Origin: a bacterium
Lineage (GTDB): Bacteria > Zhuqueibacterota > Zhuqueibacteria > Residuimicrobiales > Krinioviventaceae
Assembly: GCA_963693055.1 (NCBI GenBank)
Contig: OY843751.1
Span: 4,192,001-4,256,000 of the forward strand
Length of the DNA stretch: 64,000 bases
Direction of reading: 5' to 3'
In this document: positions 19,164 to 28,017 of the stretch, piece after piece
How the letters are laid out: the number at the start of each line of letters is the position of its first letter
How positions within the stretch are numbered: the first letter of the stretch is position 1
The notes under the pieces: model-generated
The model's input: the letters and a program-made list of their open reading frames with translations, nothing else
Database searches by the model: none
What the model was told of the DNA's origin: nothing
Made by a program: the position numbers and the translations under genes

Positions 19164-19216
19164 ATCGCGATGCAGATTCCTGCATCGCGGAATATACATA
19201 TGGGACATTCGTCCCG
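19164..19216 (+). repeat. Two-hairpin element copy
   Basis: ATCGCGATGCAG-ATTC-CTGCATCGCG GAATAT ACATAT GGGACATTCGTCCCG. Confidence 0.8.
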
Positions 19217-19290
19217 ATTAAATATCTCTCAAATTCCACAAGGGAGACTTGCAGCGTCCCTAATTCTCAAACTATGTGAAAATAAACTTG

Positions 19291-19343
19291 ATCGCGATGT
19301 AGATTCCTACATCGCGGAATATTACTACGGGACATCTGTCCCG
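19291..19343 (+). repeat. Two-hairpin element copy
   Basis: ATCGCGATGTAG-ATTC-CTACATCGCG GAATAT TACTAC GGGACATCTGTCCCG; compensatory C-G to T-A change relative to 19164-19216. Confidence 0.8.
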
Positions 19344-19399
19344 CTTTACTGCATCTATCCGTGGCTAAAAGCTAATAGCTTATTAATGACAGCTTTTCT

Positions 19400-19423
19400 T
19401 CTGAATACTGAGCACTGATAACT
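19400..19423 (+). repeat. Heptamer array (ACTGAnn)n-ACT
   Basis: TCTGAAT ACTGAGC ACTGATA ACT, 1 nt from the GH28 stop at 19425. Confidence 0.8.
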
Positions 19424-19424
19424 T

Positions 19425-20897
19425 TTATTTCTCCTCCGGCAACTCTACATTTTTACAACTCACCACCTGAATCGGCGTTCTTGCACGCAGGCTCACATCG
19501 TCCATTTTCCAGTTGACAGCATTGGTAATCTTGCCGCCATTCTGTGCATCAATAGACACATGCTCCCATACAACATCCCGAATAGGCTTTTCTTCATACG
19601 CATTGGCATAAATCCCGATTCCCGCATTGGTTGCGGTTACATCCGAGATCTGGATATCGTAAAACTCGGGAATACCCCGTTCCGGTGGATCAACTTTGGT
19701 CAGCATGGCTTTCCAGTGCGCCGGCCATTCCGGTTCAGGAATATGCTCGGGACGCGGGGGATAACTGTATTCGGGAAACCAGTTCAGCTCCCAATGAAAC
19801 GGATTTTTCACACTGTCCATTTTGATATCATGAAACCACACATTGCTGATCACCCCGCCGCGCACCTTGGCGGATTTAAACCGTATGCCGTTATTTGTCC
19901 CTCTGGCATCCAATCCATATACTTCAATATTGTGCATGCCACCTGACGTCTCGCTGCCCAGGGTAATCAATCCATGACCCTTGCCGGTAATGCAATTACG
20001 GACCACTATATTTTCAGCAGGACGGTTAACGCGCAATCCATCCGCATCACGTCCCGCTTTGAGACAAAAATTATCATCATTACAATCTATATCACAATCC
20101 TCTACCAATATATCTTGAGAAGAATCTATATCAATACCATCTGTGCTGGGCCCGTGCCCGCCAATATTGTTCCGAATAACAAGCCCCTTTACATATACCC
20201 GCTCGCTGTAGGTCATAGTAACGGTCCAGAATCCCGACCGCTTGACCGTAAAGTCCGTCAACCGCACATTTTTCGACTCGTACACAACAATGGGACGTAC
20301 ACGCTTTGCATCATAATCCACAGCCCAGCGCATGTTCTGTTTTGTATAAGGCTCCAGCAGAGTAAAAAACTTGTTCCACCAGAACTCACCGTTACCGTCT
20401 ATCATGCCCTTCCCGGTCACATGCGCGTTTTCTACCTGGTAAATATTGATCAATGCCGCGGGCCAATCCATTTCAATCCCGGCGATGCGTGTCCATTTAT
20501 CCGGAAATTCTTCATCCTTGTTCACTGCTTTCAGTACTACCCCCTCATCCAATCGCAGCTCTACATTGGATTTGAGGAACAATGCCCCGCTAAAAACCGT
20601 ACCCACCGGTAGCGTAACAATCCCCCCGCCAGCGGCACTAGCCGCGTCAATAGCAGACTGGATCTGCTTTGTATTAATGGTCTCTCCATCTGCAACCGCA
20701 CCATAATCTACAGCAGCAAACACAGTCTGCGGTACCTGCCCAAAATTAGCATCATAAAAAACGGATTCCAGTTGCGTTACCAATTCGCTCTTGCCGGATG
20801 AGCCAGGTTCCCCACTCTGCGATTGACAGAATAAAATAAATGAAAGCAGAGCTACAACTACCAACCCCATCCACTTTTTCAAAGAAATAGTAGACAT
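19425..20897 (-). CDS. GH28 polygalacturonase/galacturonidase, probably a lipoprotein
   Basis: Signal ending LSFILFC; DYGAVADGETINT; STDGID, CNDDNF, GHG and GIRFKS correspond to the four GH28 motifs; RBS AAGGAG. Confidence 0.9.
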   Translation of the reverse strand: MSTISLKKWMGLVVVALLSFILFCQSQSGEPGSSGKSELVTQLESVFYDANFGQVPQTVFAAVDYGAVADGETINTKQIQSAIDAASAAGGGIVTLPVGTVFSGALFLKSNVELRLDEGVVLKAVNKDEEFPDKWTRIAGIEMDWPAALINIYQVENAHVTGKGMIDGNGEFWWNKFFTLLEPYTKQNMRWAVDYDAKRVRPIVVYESKNVRLTDFTVKRSGFWTVTMTYSERVYVKGLVIRNNIGGHGPSTDGIDIDSSQDILVEDCDIDCNDDNFCLKAGRDADGLRVNRPAENIVVRNCITGKGHGLITLGSETSGGMHNIEVYGLDARGTNNGIRFKSAKVRGGVISNVWFHDIKMDSVKNPFHWELNWFPEYSYPPRPEHIPEPEWPAHWKAMLTKVDPPERGIPEFYDIQISDVTATNAGIGIYANAYEEKPIRDVVWEHVSIDAQNGGKITNAVNWKMDDVSLRARTPIQVVSCKNVELPEEK

Positions 20898-20924
20898 AAT
20901 TTACTCCTTAAATTGATATTTGTA

Positions 20925-20953
20925 AATATATTGAATATTCTTAAACGAGTCAA
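20925..20953 (-). promoter_or_regulatory. Putative sigma70 promoter of the GH28 gene
   Basis: Minus strand TTGACT, 17-nt spacer, TATATT. Confidence 0.6.
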
Positions 20954-20979
20954 CAATCCCAACTTGAATATTCACAATA

Positions 20980-21006
20980 TAGGGATCGGTCTGAGACCGA
21001 TCCCTA
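20980..21006. repeat. GTAG-type REP palindrome
   Basis: Perfect TAGGGATCGGTCT-G-AGACCGATCCCTA. Confidence 0.8.
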
Positions 21007-21077
21007 CTCAAAACCTGTATTCTGCGTCCCCCCTCCTACATAAATCACATTTCCCCTCAACCATCTATGACGTGTTT

Positions 21078-21108
21078 TCTGACAACTAAGCACTGACTAC
21101 TGATAACT
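21078..21108 (+). repeat. Heptamer array (ACTGAnn)n-ACT
   Basis: TCTGACA ACTAAGC ACTGACT ACTGATA ACT. Confidence 0.85.
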
Positions 21109-21155
21109 TTTCCCGGCTGCCATTTGCCTTTTGCTGTCTTACGTTAAAAAAACAC

Positions 21156-21184
21156 TTGCATCCATATAGCCAATCCACTATATT
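21156..21184 (+). promoter_or_regulatory. Putative sigma70 promoter of the 21247-27943 cluster
   Basis: TTGCAT (21156-21161), 17-nt spacer, TATATT (21179-21184). Confidence 0.6.
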
Positions 21185-21246
21185 AAAACAGGGATCAAGG
21201 GGCAGATTCGGAAGGACCAACATACACAATATTTAGGGAGAATGCC

Positions 21247-23763
21247 ATGAACAAGAGTAACTATCTTGTACGCATTGTATTGTTTGTTCTTTTGTATCTG
21301 CCATTTATTGGCTATCCACAACACATAACAGATATCCTAGTCAACACCGAACCGGATTCCAACGCTTTCAAAGCCACATCCACCTCTCTTCATGTGCTTT
21401 CACCTGAGAAATTTATGGTTATTTGGAATGATGACCGTAGTGATCACAGATTGGCGTGGGCAAACATCCTCAATGAAAATGCAAATATTCTTTATGATGA
21501 CTTTATGGTCCCAGGGGGAGATGACATTTCAGTTTACGAGGATAGTTATACGGTTTTAGGTTCCTACTACAACCTTACTCCCGTTATGGAAACACATGAA
21601 GGTTATTATCAACATTTCAATAGCAATCAACCGATATCAGAACCTACCTCATTATATTCCGAATATGTTGGCATGTGTGGAACAGGCTTTACAGGAGAAG
21701 GATTAGCAATGACGCGCACATCCTGGGGAAATGTCTATGTTCATAATTCGGGGGGTGCTATATATTGGGCAACACAAAATGAAATGCTGGGTACAACACA
21801 ATCCAATTGGAATATCTTTTATCATCCGGATTCATTAAGCAATAATGATAGAACAACAGATGCAGAACATTTTTCACTATTCCCATCCGCAGATAACAGT
21901 TTTGCCTGGTGTGTAATCAGTCGCTCCAATTACTGGTGGGACGGGCCCAGAGAAAACCAGTTACTTTTAAGCAAAATTGATCAAACAAGGTCAACAGAAA
22001 GCACAAAAATCATTATTAACGATACGCTTTCAACCGATTGGGGCTTTTCAAAATGGTTGCATGCTGAAACTGAAAACGACTCTTCTATTGTAATTTTCTG
22101 GGCAAAAAAAGATTCCCTCATCGAAACCCATATTGATACCAGCGGACAAGTAAAAAGTTATCAGGCGTTTCTACCTTTTCCAGAAGATAATGTAAATGAT
22201 CCCGGATATCACGAATTGTCTACTTTTCATCTGAGCAATAAACAAAACGGGACCATGTTTCTTTATATAGGTATTATAAATCAACTTAAAAAAATAACAA
22301 TTCAAAATAATCATATCACCAATATTTCTGAATCTATTACAGACTTTGAGAATTATGGTACACTCAATTTGTCAGACCGGTTTTATCAAAATCCTGCGGG
22401 AGACTTGTTTTTTGTTGCAATAAAAAATAATGATCCGGTTCTTTACAAATCTTCAGGAAGCACATTTCAACCTTGCAATAACCTGTCTTTTACCGGTAAC
22501 GGAGCAAGCCAAAACACCCCGGGGATATTCAAAAAAACCAACAACAGCTTTGCCATTAGATATACCGAGTCCGACAAATACTATAAATCCGTTTATATGA
22601 ACATGGACGGAGAAAGAGATCAACCACCATTATCCTGGCCCGTTCCCGGCAGTCTGCTCTTTAATAATGGAGAAGAGCTTTTACATTTAAATGTTGAATA
22701 TTTTAGCGGCCCGGATTATGTAACCCTGCACAAATACAACGCACTTGATGGTTCACTATTGTTGGAAAAATTCTTACGACCTCATTTAAACACATTTACG
22801 TATGGCAAATTAAATGATGATCAGTTTTTTGTTTTTCAAACGCAGCAGGATTATCAAAACAAAATTTCTATTTTCAATACCAATGGTACATTAATAGACT
22901 CATTGGTGTTTGAAAAATATAAAAAAGAACATGACGACCTGGCAATATATACCATGCCCAATGGCAAATTCTGGTTGAATGATAGAAATTTTGCCCTTTG
23001 GGACCCGATAAATAAAACGATCCGGTACACTCCCAAAGTAAAGAAATACAATACCCCACTCAACGATTCTCTGTTTTTAGATTTATCAATTAAAAAAATT
23101 CAAAACGAATACACAATTAATTTAGTTTTAATTGATACAAGCAATATCGAGTTGATGTCAAATCACATATCATTTCAAGCGGAATACGGTTCTTATACCT
23201 ACCCCATATTGATAAATGATGCCTATTTTATACTACCCTATAGAATAAACAACCAATATATGTTCAATATTTTCAACTTGAATTTGGAAACAGAATGCTT
23301 GCATCCCCAGGAAATATTCCCCAATGCGTCTCCTTATCTGACAAACTTTACGCGCAAACGCATCGGCAACCACATCGTCTTTGCCTGTACCGATGTCCGC
23401 GATACTGAAACCGGACAAAACGTCTATGCCAGCATTTTCAACATTAACGATCTCATCACCGGCATTGACGATGCCCCAATATCCCAACAGGTGCCGAGCC
23501 GGTTCAGTTTGTCCGAACCCTCACCCAATCCCAGCAGAGCGGGACAATCAATCACCTTTCAACTGGATATACATAAACAATCCAAAATGGATTTTCAATT
23601 GTACAATATCCTGGGACAGCGAATCCAGTCCTACAACCGACAGTTCAACGCGGGGCAACAGTCCGTCAGGTTCCAACTACCCAATCTGGCAGCCGGGATC
23701 TATTTTCTCAAAGCAACGGATAGCCAGCAGACCATCATCAAAAAAATCGCAGTGATACGATAA
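21247..23763 (+). CDS. Secreted protein with degenerate beta-rich repeats and T9SS type A-like C-terminal sorting domain (twin 1)
   Basis: Signal peptide followed by Gln; C-terminus FSLSEPSPNP..LYNILGQRI..LAAGIYFLK..KKIAVIR; RBS AGGGAG. Confidence 0.8.
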   Translation: MNKSNYLVRIVLFVLLYLPFIGYPQHITDILVNTEPDSNAFKATSTSLHVLSPEKFMVIWNDDRSDHRLAWANILNENANILYDDFMVPGGDDISVYEDSYTVLGSYYNLTPVMETHEGYYQHFNSNQPISEPTSLYSEYVGMCGTGFTGEGLAMTRTSWGNVYVHNSGGAIYWATQNEMLGTTQSNWNIFYHPDSLSNNDRTTDAEHFSLFPSADNSFAWCVISRSNYWWDGPRENQLLLSKIDQTRSTESTKIIINDTLSTDWGFSKWLHAETENDSSIVIFWAKKDSLIETHIDTSGQVKSYQAFLPFPEDNVNDPGYHELSTFHLSNKQNGTMFLYIGIINQLKKITIQNNHITNISESITDFENYGTLNLSDRFYQNPAGDLFFVAIKNNDPVLYKSSGSTFQPCNNLSFTGNGASQNTPGIFKKTNNSFAIRYTESDKYYKSVYMNMDGERDQPPLSWPVPGSLLFNNGEELLHLNVEYFSGPDYVTLHKYNALDGSLLLEKFLRPHLNTFTYGKLNDDQFFVFQTQQDYQNKISIFNTNGTLIDSLVFEKYKKEHDDLAIYTMPNGKFWLNDRNFALWDPINKTIRYTPKVKKYNTPLNDSLFLDLSIKKIQNEYTINLVLIDTSNIELMSNHISFQAEYGSYTYPILINDAYFILPYRINNQYMFNIFNLNLETECLHPQEIFPNASPYLTNFTRKRIGNHIVFACTDVRDTETGQNVYASIFNINDLITGIDDAPISQQVPSRFSLSEPSPNPSRAGQSITFQLDIHKQSKMDFQLYNILGQRIQSYNRQFNAGQQSVRFQLPNLAAGIYFLKATDSQQTIIKKIAVIR

Positions 23764-23818
23764 CCAACTCCCGTCCATGAGCGAGAATCCCTCGGGGGGA
23801 TAACTTGGAGGCAGAACA

Positions 23819-26251
23819 ATGAAAAATATTTTAAATTACTCAATACTTTTACTTTTACTAGTACATATAAATGCATCAGCACAACACATAACAGATATCC
23901 TAGTCAACACCGAACCGGACACTAACGATTTCAAAGCCACATCCATTTCTCTGCATGTGCTTTCACCGGACAAATTTATGGTTATTTGGCATGATGATCG
24001 TGGAGTTCCTGATCAGGCATGGGCAAATATCTTTGATCAAAATGGAAATGAATTATATACCCCCTTTCAGGTTCCGGGAGACACATATGTCTCGGCTGAA
24101 GATGATAAATATACCATCCTAAGTAAATATTACTCTCAATCGGGAATCTTGGAAAACTATGATTTCCAACATTTTCAAGACGATACAAATATATCGGAAC
24201 AGAAAAATATTGAATCTATTTTATATAATCCATGTGATTATTTTAATCCAATTGAAAAAATTGAACTTTATCGAACACAAGAAAGAAACATCTGGATCAA
24301 AAATAACTGTGGTTCTATAAATATTGCAGTTCAAGATTCACATTTCTCAACTCTAATTCCTGATTTTTATCCACTTTACATAGATTATTGGGATAATGAA
24401 AACAATCATGGTTACGAAGAACTCGTATCAAATTATTCGATAGCACAAAATGATGATAAAAGCCAATCATGGATGCTAACACTTCACCCTGGAGTATTTT
24501 TAGATTTAATTAACATTGACAAGCCCATCTATTCAGATTTTACAGCAAAAAAAATATATCTGGACTCTATAGATTACGATTTTGAGCAATATTGGGCAAA
24601 TGCTCAGATGATAACAGATAGCACTATCTTGTTCTTATGGGCAACAAGAGATACACTAAGAACAATACAATTTGATACCAGCAGTACTATTCTTGAAAAA
24701 CAAAATTATTATATTGGTGACGATCAATACTATAACGAAATGTTTCATATTAGTAATGAATCAAAAAATACAAGATATTTATTGGCTGGAAATCATTTCA
24801 GGTCAAGAATTATAAAGATTAAAGACGATCAGGTTGAATTTATATCTGATAGTTTTCTCGACATGACGCAATTATACAATCGTAAAATGTTTACACAGAT
24901 GTTTTTAAATAAAGAGGAAGAATTATTTATACCTGCTGTTTATAACAATCAGGCTGAATTATTTAAAATCAAAAATGATTCTATTTCACAGTTTAAAACG
25001 TTAAAAGCTCCTGATACCGGGGCCAACCAGGAATGTTCACATATTCGTCCTATTGATGATAGTAATTTCACAGTGACATTTAAGGAATCCGGGAGTACAA
25101 AAACAGTTAAAATGTCAGTAGACGGTACAATTATCAATCAGGAAATGGATTTACCATCAACTAACGGCATGTTTTTTAATAATGGAACTGAGCTGATTAC
25201 ACTTTTCAAAGACATTGAATCAAACGCTTTACAGATGGAAAAATATGATTTACATACAAATACTATACTTTTAGAAAAAGCACTGTTTGACTCTACTCTC
25301 ACTTTTTATTTTGAAAAGCTGGATGCTTCATCATTTGTTGTTTTTAATCTATTGGAAAACAGGATTAATTTTGCAGCATTTAATTCTAACGGAGAAATGA
25401 TAGATGAAACTAGTATTCTCAATCCATTTAACAACGGTGAACAATTTAAAATAGCAAAATTACCTGATACTAAAATCTGGTTTCATTCAAATTTTAATTA
25501 TTTTTTATTTGATCCGCAATCATTCAGTGTTCAGACATTTTCGGGTTTATATGGGCAATCAAAATTCTTCCCGGTTACTGAATCCAAACTTGTCAATTAC
25601 AGAAATGGTACGTTTACAATCATTGACACATCAGGATCAATCACAAAACAAACCGAAACAAATACATCATTCGAGTTTATAGAACCTTTTAGTGTTCTTC
25701 CTATTAGTGATGATACATTTTTGTTCAATTCTGCTTATTCAGCTAAATTTCAACTAATTACAACTGAATTGGAGTTTTACACACAAAGCACGCTAAGCTG
25801 TTTTCCTCAAAAAAGTTATTATAACATGACCAATTTCACAAGCAAATGTATCGGCAACCACATCGTCTTTGCCTGTACCGATATCCGCGATTCCGAAACC
25901 GGACAAAACGTCTATGCCAGCATTTTCAACATTAACGATCTCATCACCGGCATTGACGACGACCCAATATCCCAACAGATTCCGAGCCGGTTCAGCTTGT
26001 CCGACCCATCACCCAATCCCAGCAGAGCGGGACAATCGATCACCTTTCAGTTGGATATACATAAACAATCCAAAATGGATTTCCAATTGTACAATATTCT
26101 GGGACAGCGAATCCATACTTTTAACCGGCAGTTCAACACGGGGCAACAGTCCGTCAGGTTCCAACTGCCCAATCTGGCAGCCGGGATCTATTTTCTCAAA
26201 GCAACGGACAGCCAGCAGGCCATTATCAAAAAAATCGCAGTGGTTCGATAA
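23819..26251 (+). CDS. Secreted protein with degenerate beta-rich repeats and T9SS type A-like C-terminal sorting domain (twin 2)
   Basis: Signal peptide ending ASA-Q; same CTD as twin 1; RBS GGAGG. Confidence 0.8.
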   Translation: MKNILNYSILLLLLVHINASAQHITDILVNTEPDTNDFKATSISLHVLSPDKFMVIWHDDRGVPDQAWANIFDQNGNELYTPFQVPGDTYVSAEDDKYTILSKYYSQSGILENYDFQHFQDDTNISEQKNIESILYNPCDYFNPIEKIELYRTQERNIWIKNNCGSINIAVQDSHFSTLIPDFYPLYIDYWDNENNHGYEELVSNYSIAQNDDKSQSWMLTLHPGVFLDLINIDKPIYSDFTAKKIYLDSIDYDFEQYWANAQMITDSTILFLWATRDTLRTIQFDTSSTILEKQNYYIGDDQYYNEMFHISNESKNTRYLLAGNHFRSRIIKIKDDQVEFISDSFLDMTQLYNRKMFTQMFLNKEEELFIPAVYNNQAELFKIKNDSISQFKTLKAPDTGANQECSHIRPIDDSNFTVTFKESGSTKTVKMSVDGTIINQEMDLPSTNGMFFNNGTELITLFKDIESNALQMEKYDLHTNTILLEKALFDSTLTFYFEKLDASSFVVFNLLENRINFAAFNSNGEMIDETSILNPFNNGEQFKIAKLPDTKIWFHSNFNYFLFDPQSFSVQTFSGLYGQSKFFPVTESKLVNYRNGTFTIIDTSGSITKQTETNTSFEFIEPFSVLPISDDTFLFNSAYSAKFQLITTELEFYTQSTLSCFPQKSYYNMTNFTSKCIGNHIVFACTDIRDSETGQNVYASIFNINDLITGIDDDPISQQIPSRFSLSDPSPNPSRAGQSITFQLDIHKQSKMDFQLYNILGQRIHTFNRQFNTGQQSVRFQLPNLAAGIYFLKATDSQQAIIKKIAVVR

Positions 26252-26275
26252 ACACTTTTAACGAGGTATACACGA

Positions 26276-27349
26276 TTGAAATTTGCTTTTTACATTTTAA
26301 TATTGCTCATAATTCTAATGGCGTGTTCATTACCTGTAAAAGAGGAATCCTCCGAATATTTCTATTATGAATCTTTTATTTCGCTTATTTCAATAGATGG
26401 AGAAAATTTTGAAACGCTTGTAAATCATGCCGGTGGTGCAGAAGCTTCAAGTGCGGATATATATTGGTTGGGTGATAAATCCCAATTTCTAGTCAACCGT
26501 GATGATCTATATATTTACGATCTTGAAGGAACGCTTGTTAAAGAAATCAGAATACCGGACAATATTATTGACATTGATACTAGTCCCAATGGGGATAATA
26601 TAGCTATTAGATGTGGCGGTGACAGTTCAGATTTGTACATGATTGACACAGAATCATTTGAAATGAAAAAAATCACAAATACGCCATCAATTGTCGAACG
26701 TTACCCACGTTTCTCAAGTGATGGTAAAAAAATTGTATATGTATGCGTATTTGATACAGAGGACCAGGAGAAACCAGCTATCAAATTGTATGATATGGAT
26801 TCAGACAGCTCGGTAACGCTGATAACAGTAAAAGAGGAGAACCTGCATTTTAATCCCTTTGAATCACCCTGTTTTGGCAAAGATGATAAAATCATTTATT
26901 ACATGAACAACTATAATAATGAGATCAATTACGGGGGCACTACAACGCTTTACAGTTATAATTTAATTACCGGTGAAAAACGAAAAATAGACGAGAATAC
27001 AGCCTCGGCGTCCAAAATGAAATATGCAACAAAGGGTGACCGGCTGGTTTACCTCACAAATGAACCCTTTAGAGGAATCAAAGTGTTTGACGCAAACACA
27101 CAAAACTTTTATAATTTGGGAGATACAATACATGAAGAATGTAGGGCCATTGGTCCCAATCAGATACTGAATATTAATTCACAAGGCACGCATGTAATTG
27201 CAGGAACTGATTATTGTAGCAACACCCATATATATGCAATAGACATCGAAAAAGCAGAATACAAAGAAATTGCTTTGGGTACATCACCCGCATTGAACAA
27301 AGATGACAAGACAATTTTATTCGTAAAAACATTTAAAAATAAATACTAG
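26276..27349 (+). CDS. TolB-like (PD40/WD40) beta-propeller lipoprotein
   Basis: Lipobox ILMAC; SPNGDNIAI and RYPRFSSDGKKIVY PD40-type repeats; TTG start with GAGG upstream. Confidence 0.7.
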   Translation: MKFAFYILILLIILMACSLPVKEESSEYFYYESFISLISIDGENFETLVNHAGGAEASSADIYWLGDKSQFLVNRDDLYIYDLEGTLVKEIRIPDNIIDIDTSPNGDNIAIRCGGDSSDLYMIDTESFEMKKITNTPSIVERYPRFSSDGKKIVYVCVFDTEDQEKPAIKLYDMDSDSSVTLITVKEENLHFNPFESPCFGKDDKIIYYMNNYNNEINYGGTTTLYSYNLITGEKRKIDENTASASKMKYATKGDRLVYLTNEPFRGIKVFDANTQNFYNLGDTIHEECRAIGPNQILNINSQGTHVIAGTDYCSNTHIYAIDIEKAEYKEIALGTSPALNKDDKTILFVKTFKNKY

Positions 27350-27385
27350 AGTTCATTTCCTCAATACATTTATAAAGAAAAAACA

Positions 27386-27943
27386 ATGTTTTTCATCCCA
27401 TCCCCCAAAACCGTCAAATCGACCATTCTCCATACAAAATCAAATAACCCTAACCGGTTCATTGACGAGTGGAATTATCGAAAAACAAAGAGAAACAACT
27501 ATTTAAATCTGGGAAAAATTATAACTTTTTTTGTATTCCTTACTTTTGCAGGTCGAATCAGCTATACTGTCTTTTTCTCAATGTTTGACAATACAGGCTA
27601 TCAACTGGTATTACACAAAAAAGAGATCAAACTACCCTCAGCAGTTAAACAGGAGGCCCTTGCCGGTATCCGCCATCTGGATTGTGCCATTATCTCTGTT
27701 GATATTGCAGGTGCTATCCATTATCAAAACACAACCGTAAATCCTGCAATATTAAAAAAAGAATTGATAGAATGGTCGGGCAGACGACATGGAGATCCAC
27801 ACTCAATTGGTCCCAATGTCATTCTCATAATCGATAAAGACTGTAATATGGAACATGTGCATAAAGTATTTGCAGTATTGAAAGAAATTGATAAACGGAA
27901 TATCATGTACCTCGCCCGGAGCAAAAACAATATCCCGGATTAA
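27386..27943 (+). CDS. ExbD/TolR-like single-pass membrane protein (divergent)
   Basis: One TM segment, then IKLPSA..ISVDIAGAIHY..VILIIDKDCNMEHVHKVFAVLKE, resembling the ExbD periplasmic domain; start uncertain. Confidence 0.6.
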   Translation: MFFIPSPKTVKSTILHTKSNNPNRFIDEWNYRKTKRNNYLNLGKIITFFVFLTFAGRISYTVFFSMFDNTGYQLVLHKKEIKLPSAVKQEALAGIRHLDCAIISVDIAGAIHYQNTTVNPAILKKELIEWSGRRHGDPHSIGPNVILIIDKDCNMEHVHKVFAVLKEIDKRNIMYLARSKNNIPD

Positions 27944-28017
27944 TCCCCCTTATCATATATTTACATCTTTGATTATCTGTATCCGTGTCCACCCACTGAA
28001 CTTGCGGATACCGTGTT

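Noticed and set aside
19170-19418. 82-aa ORF on +
   Set aside because: Lies entirely over hairpin and heptamer repeats between convergent genes.
23761-23818. Possible integron attC site between the twins (TAAC after the stop)
   Set aside because: No complementary GTTRRRY end or long imperfect palindrome, and no integrase.
21247-26251. Diversity-generating retroelement TR/VR pair
   Set aside because: Differences between the repeated 3' blocks are mostly synonymous and not adenine-specific, both copies are in intact genes, and there is no reverse transcriptase in the window.
23381-26261. Similar alternate-frame ORFs 23381-23755 and 25869-26261
   Set aside because: By-products of the duplicated CTD-coding DNA.
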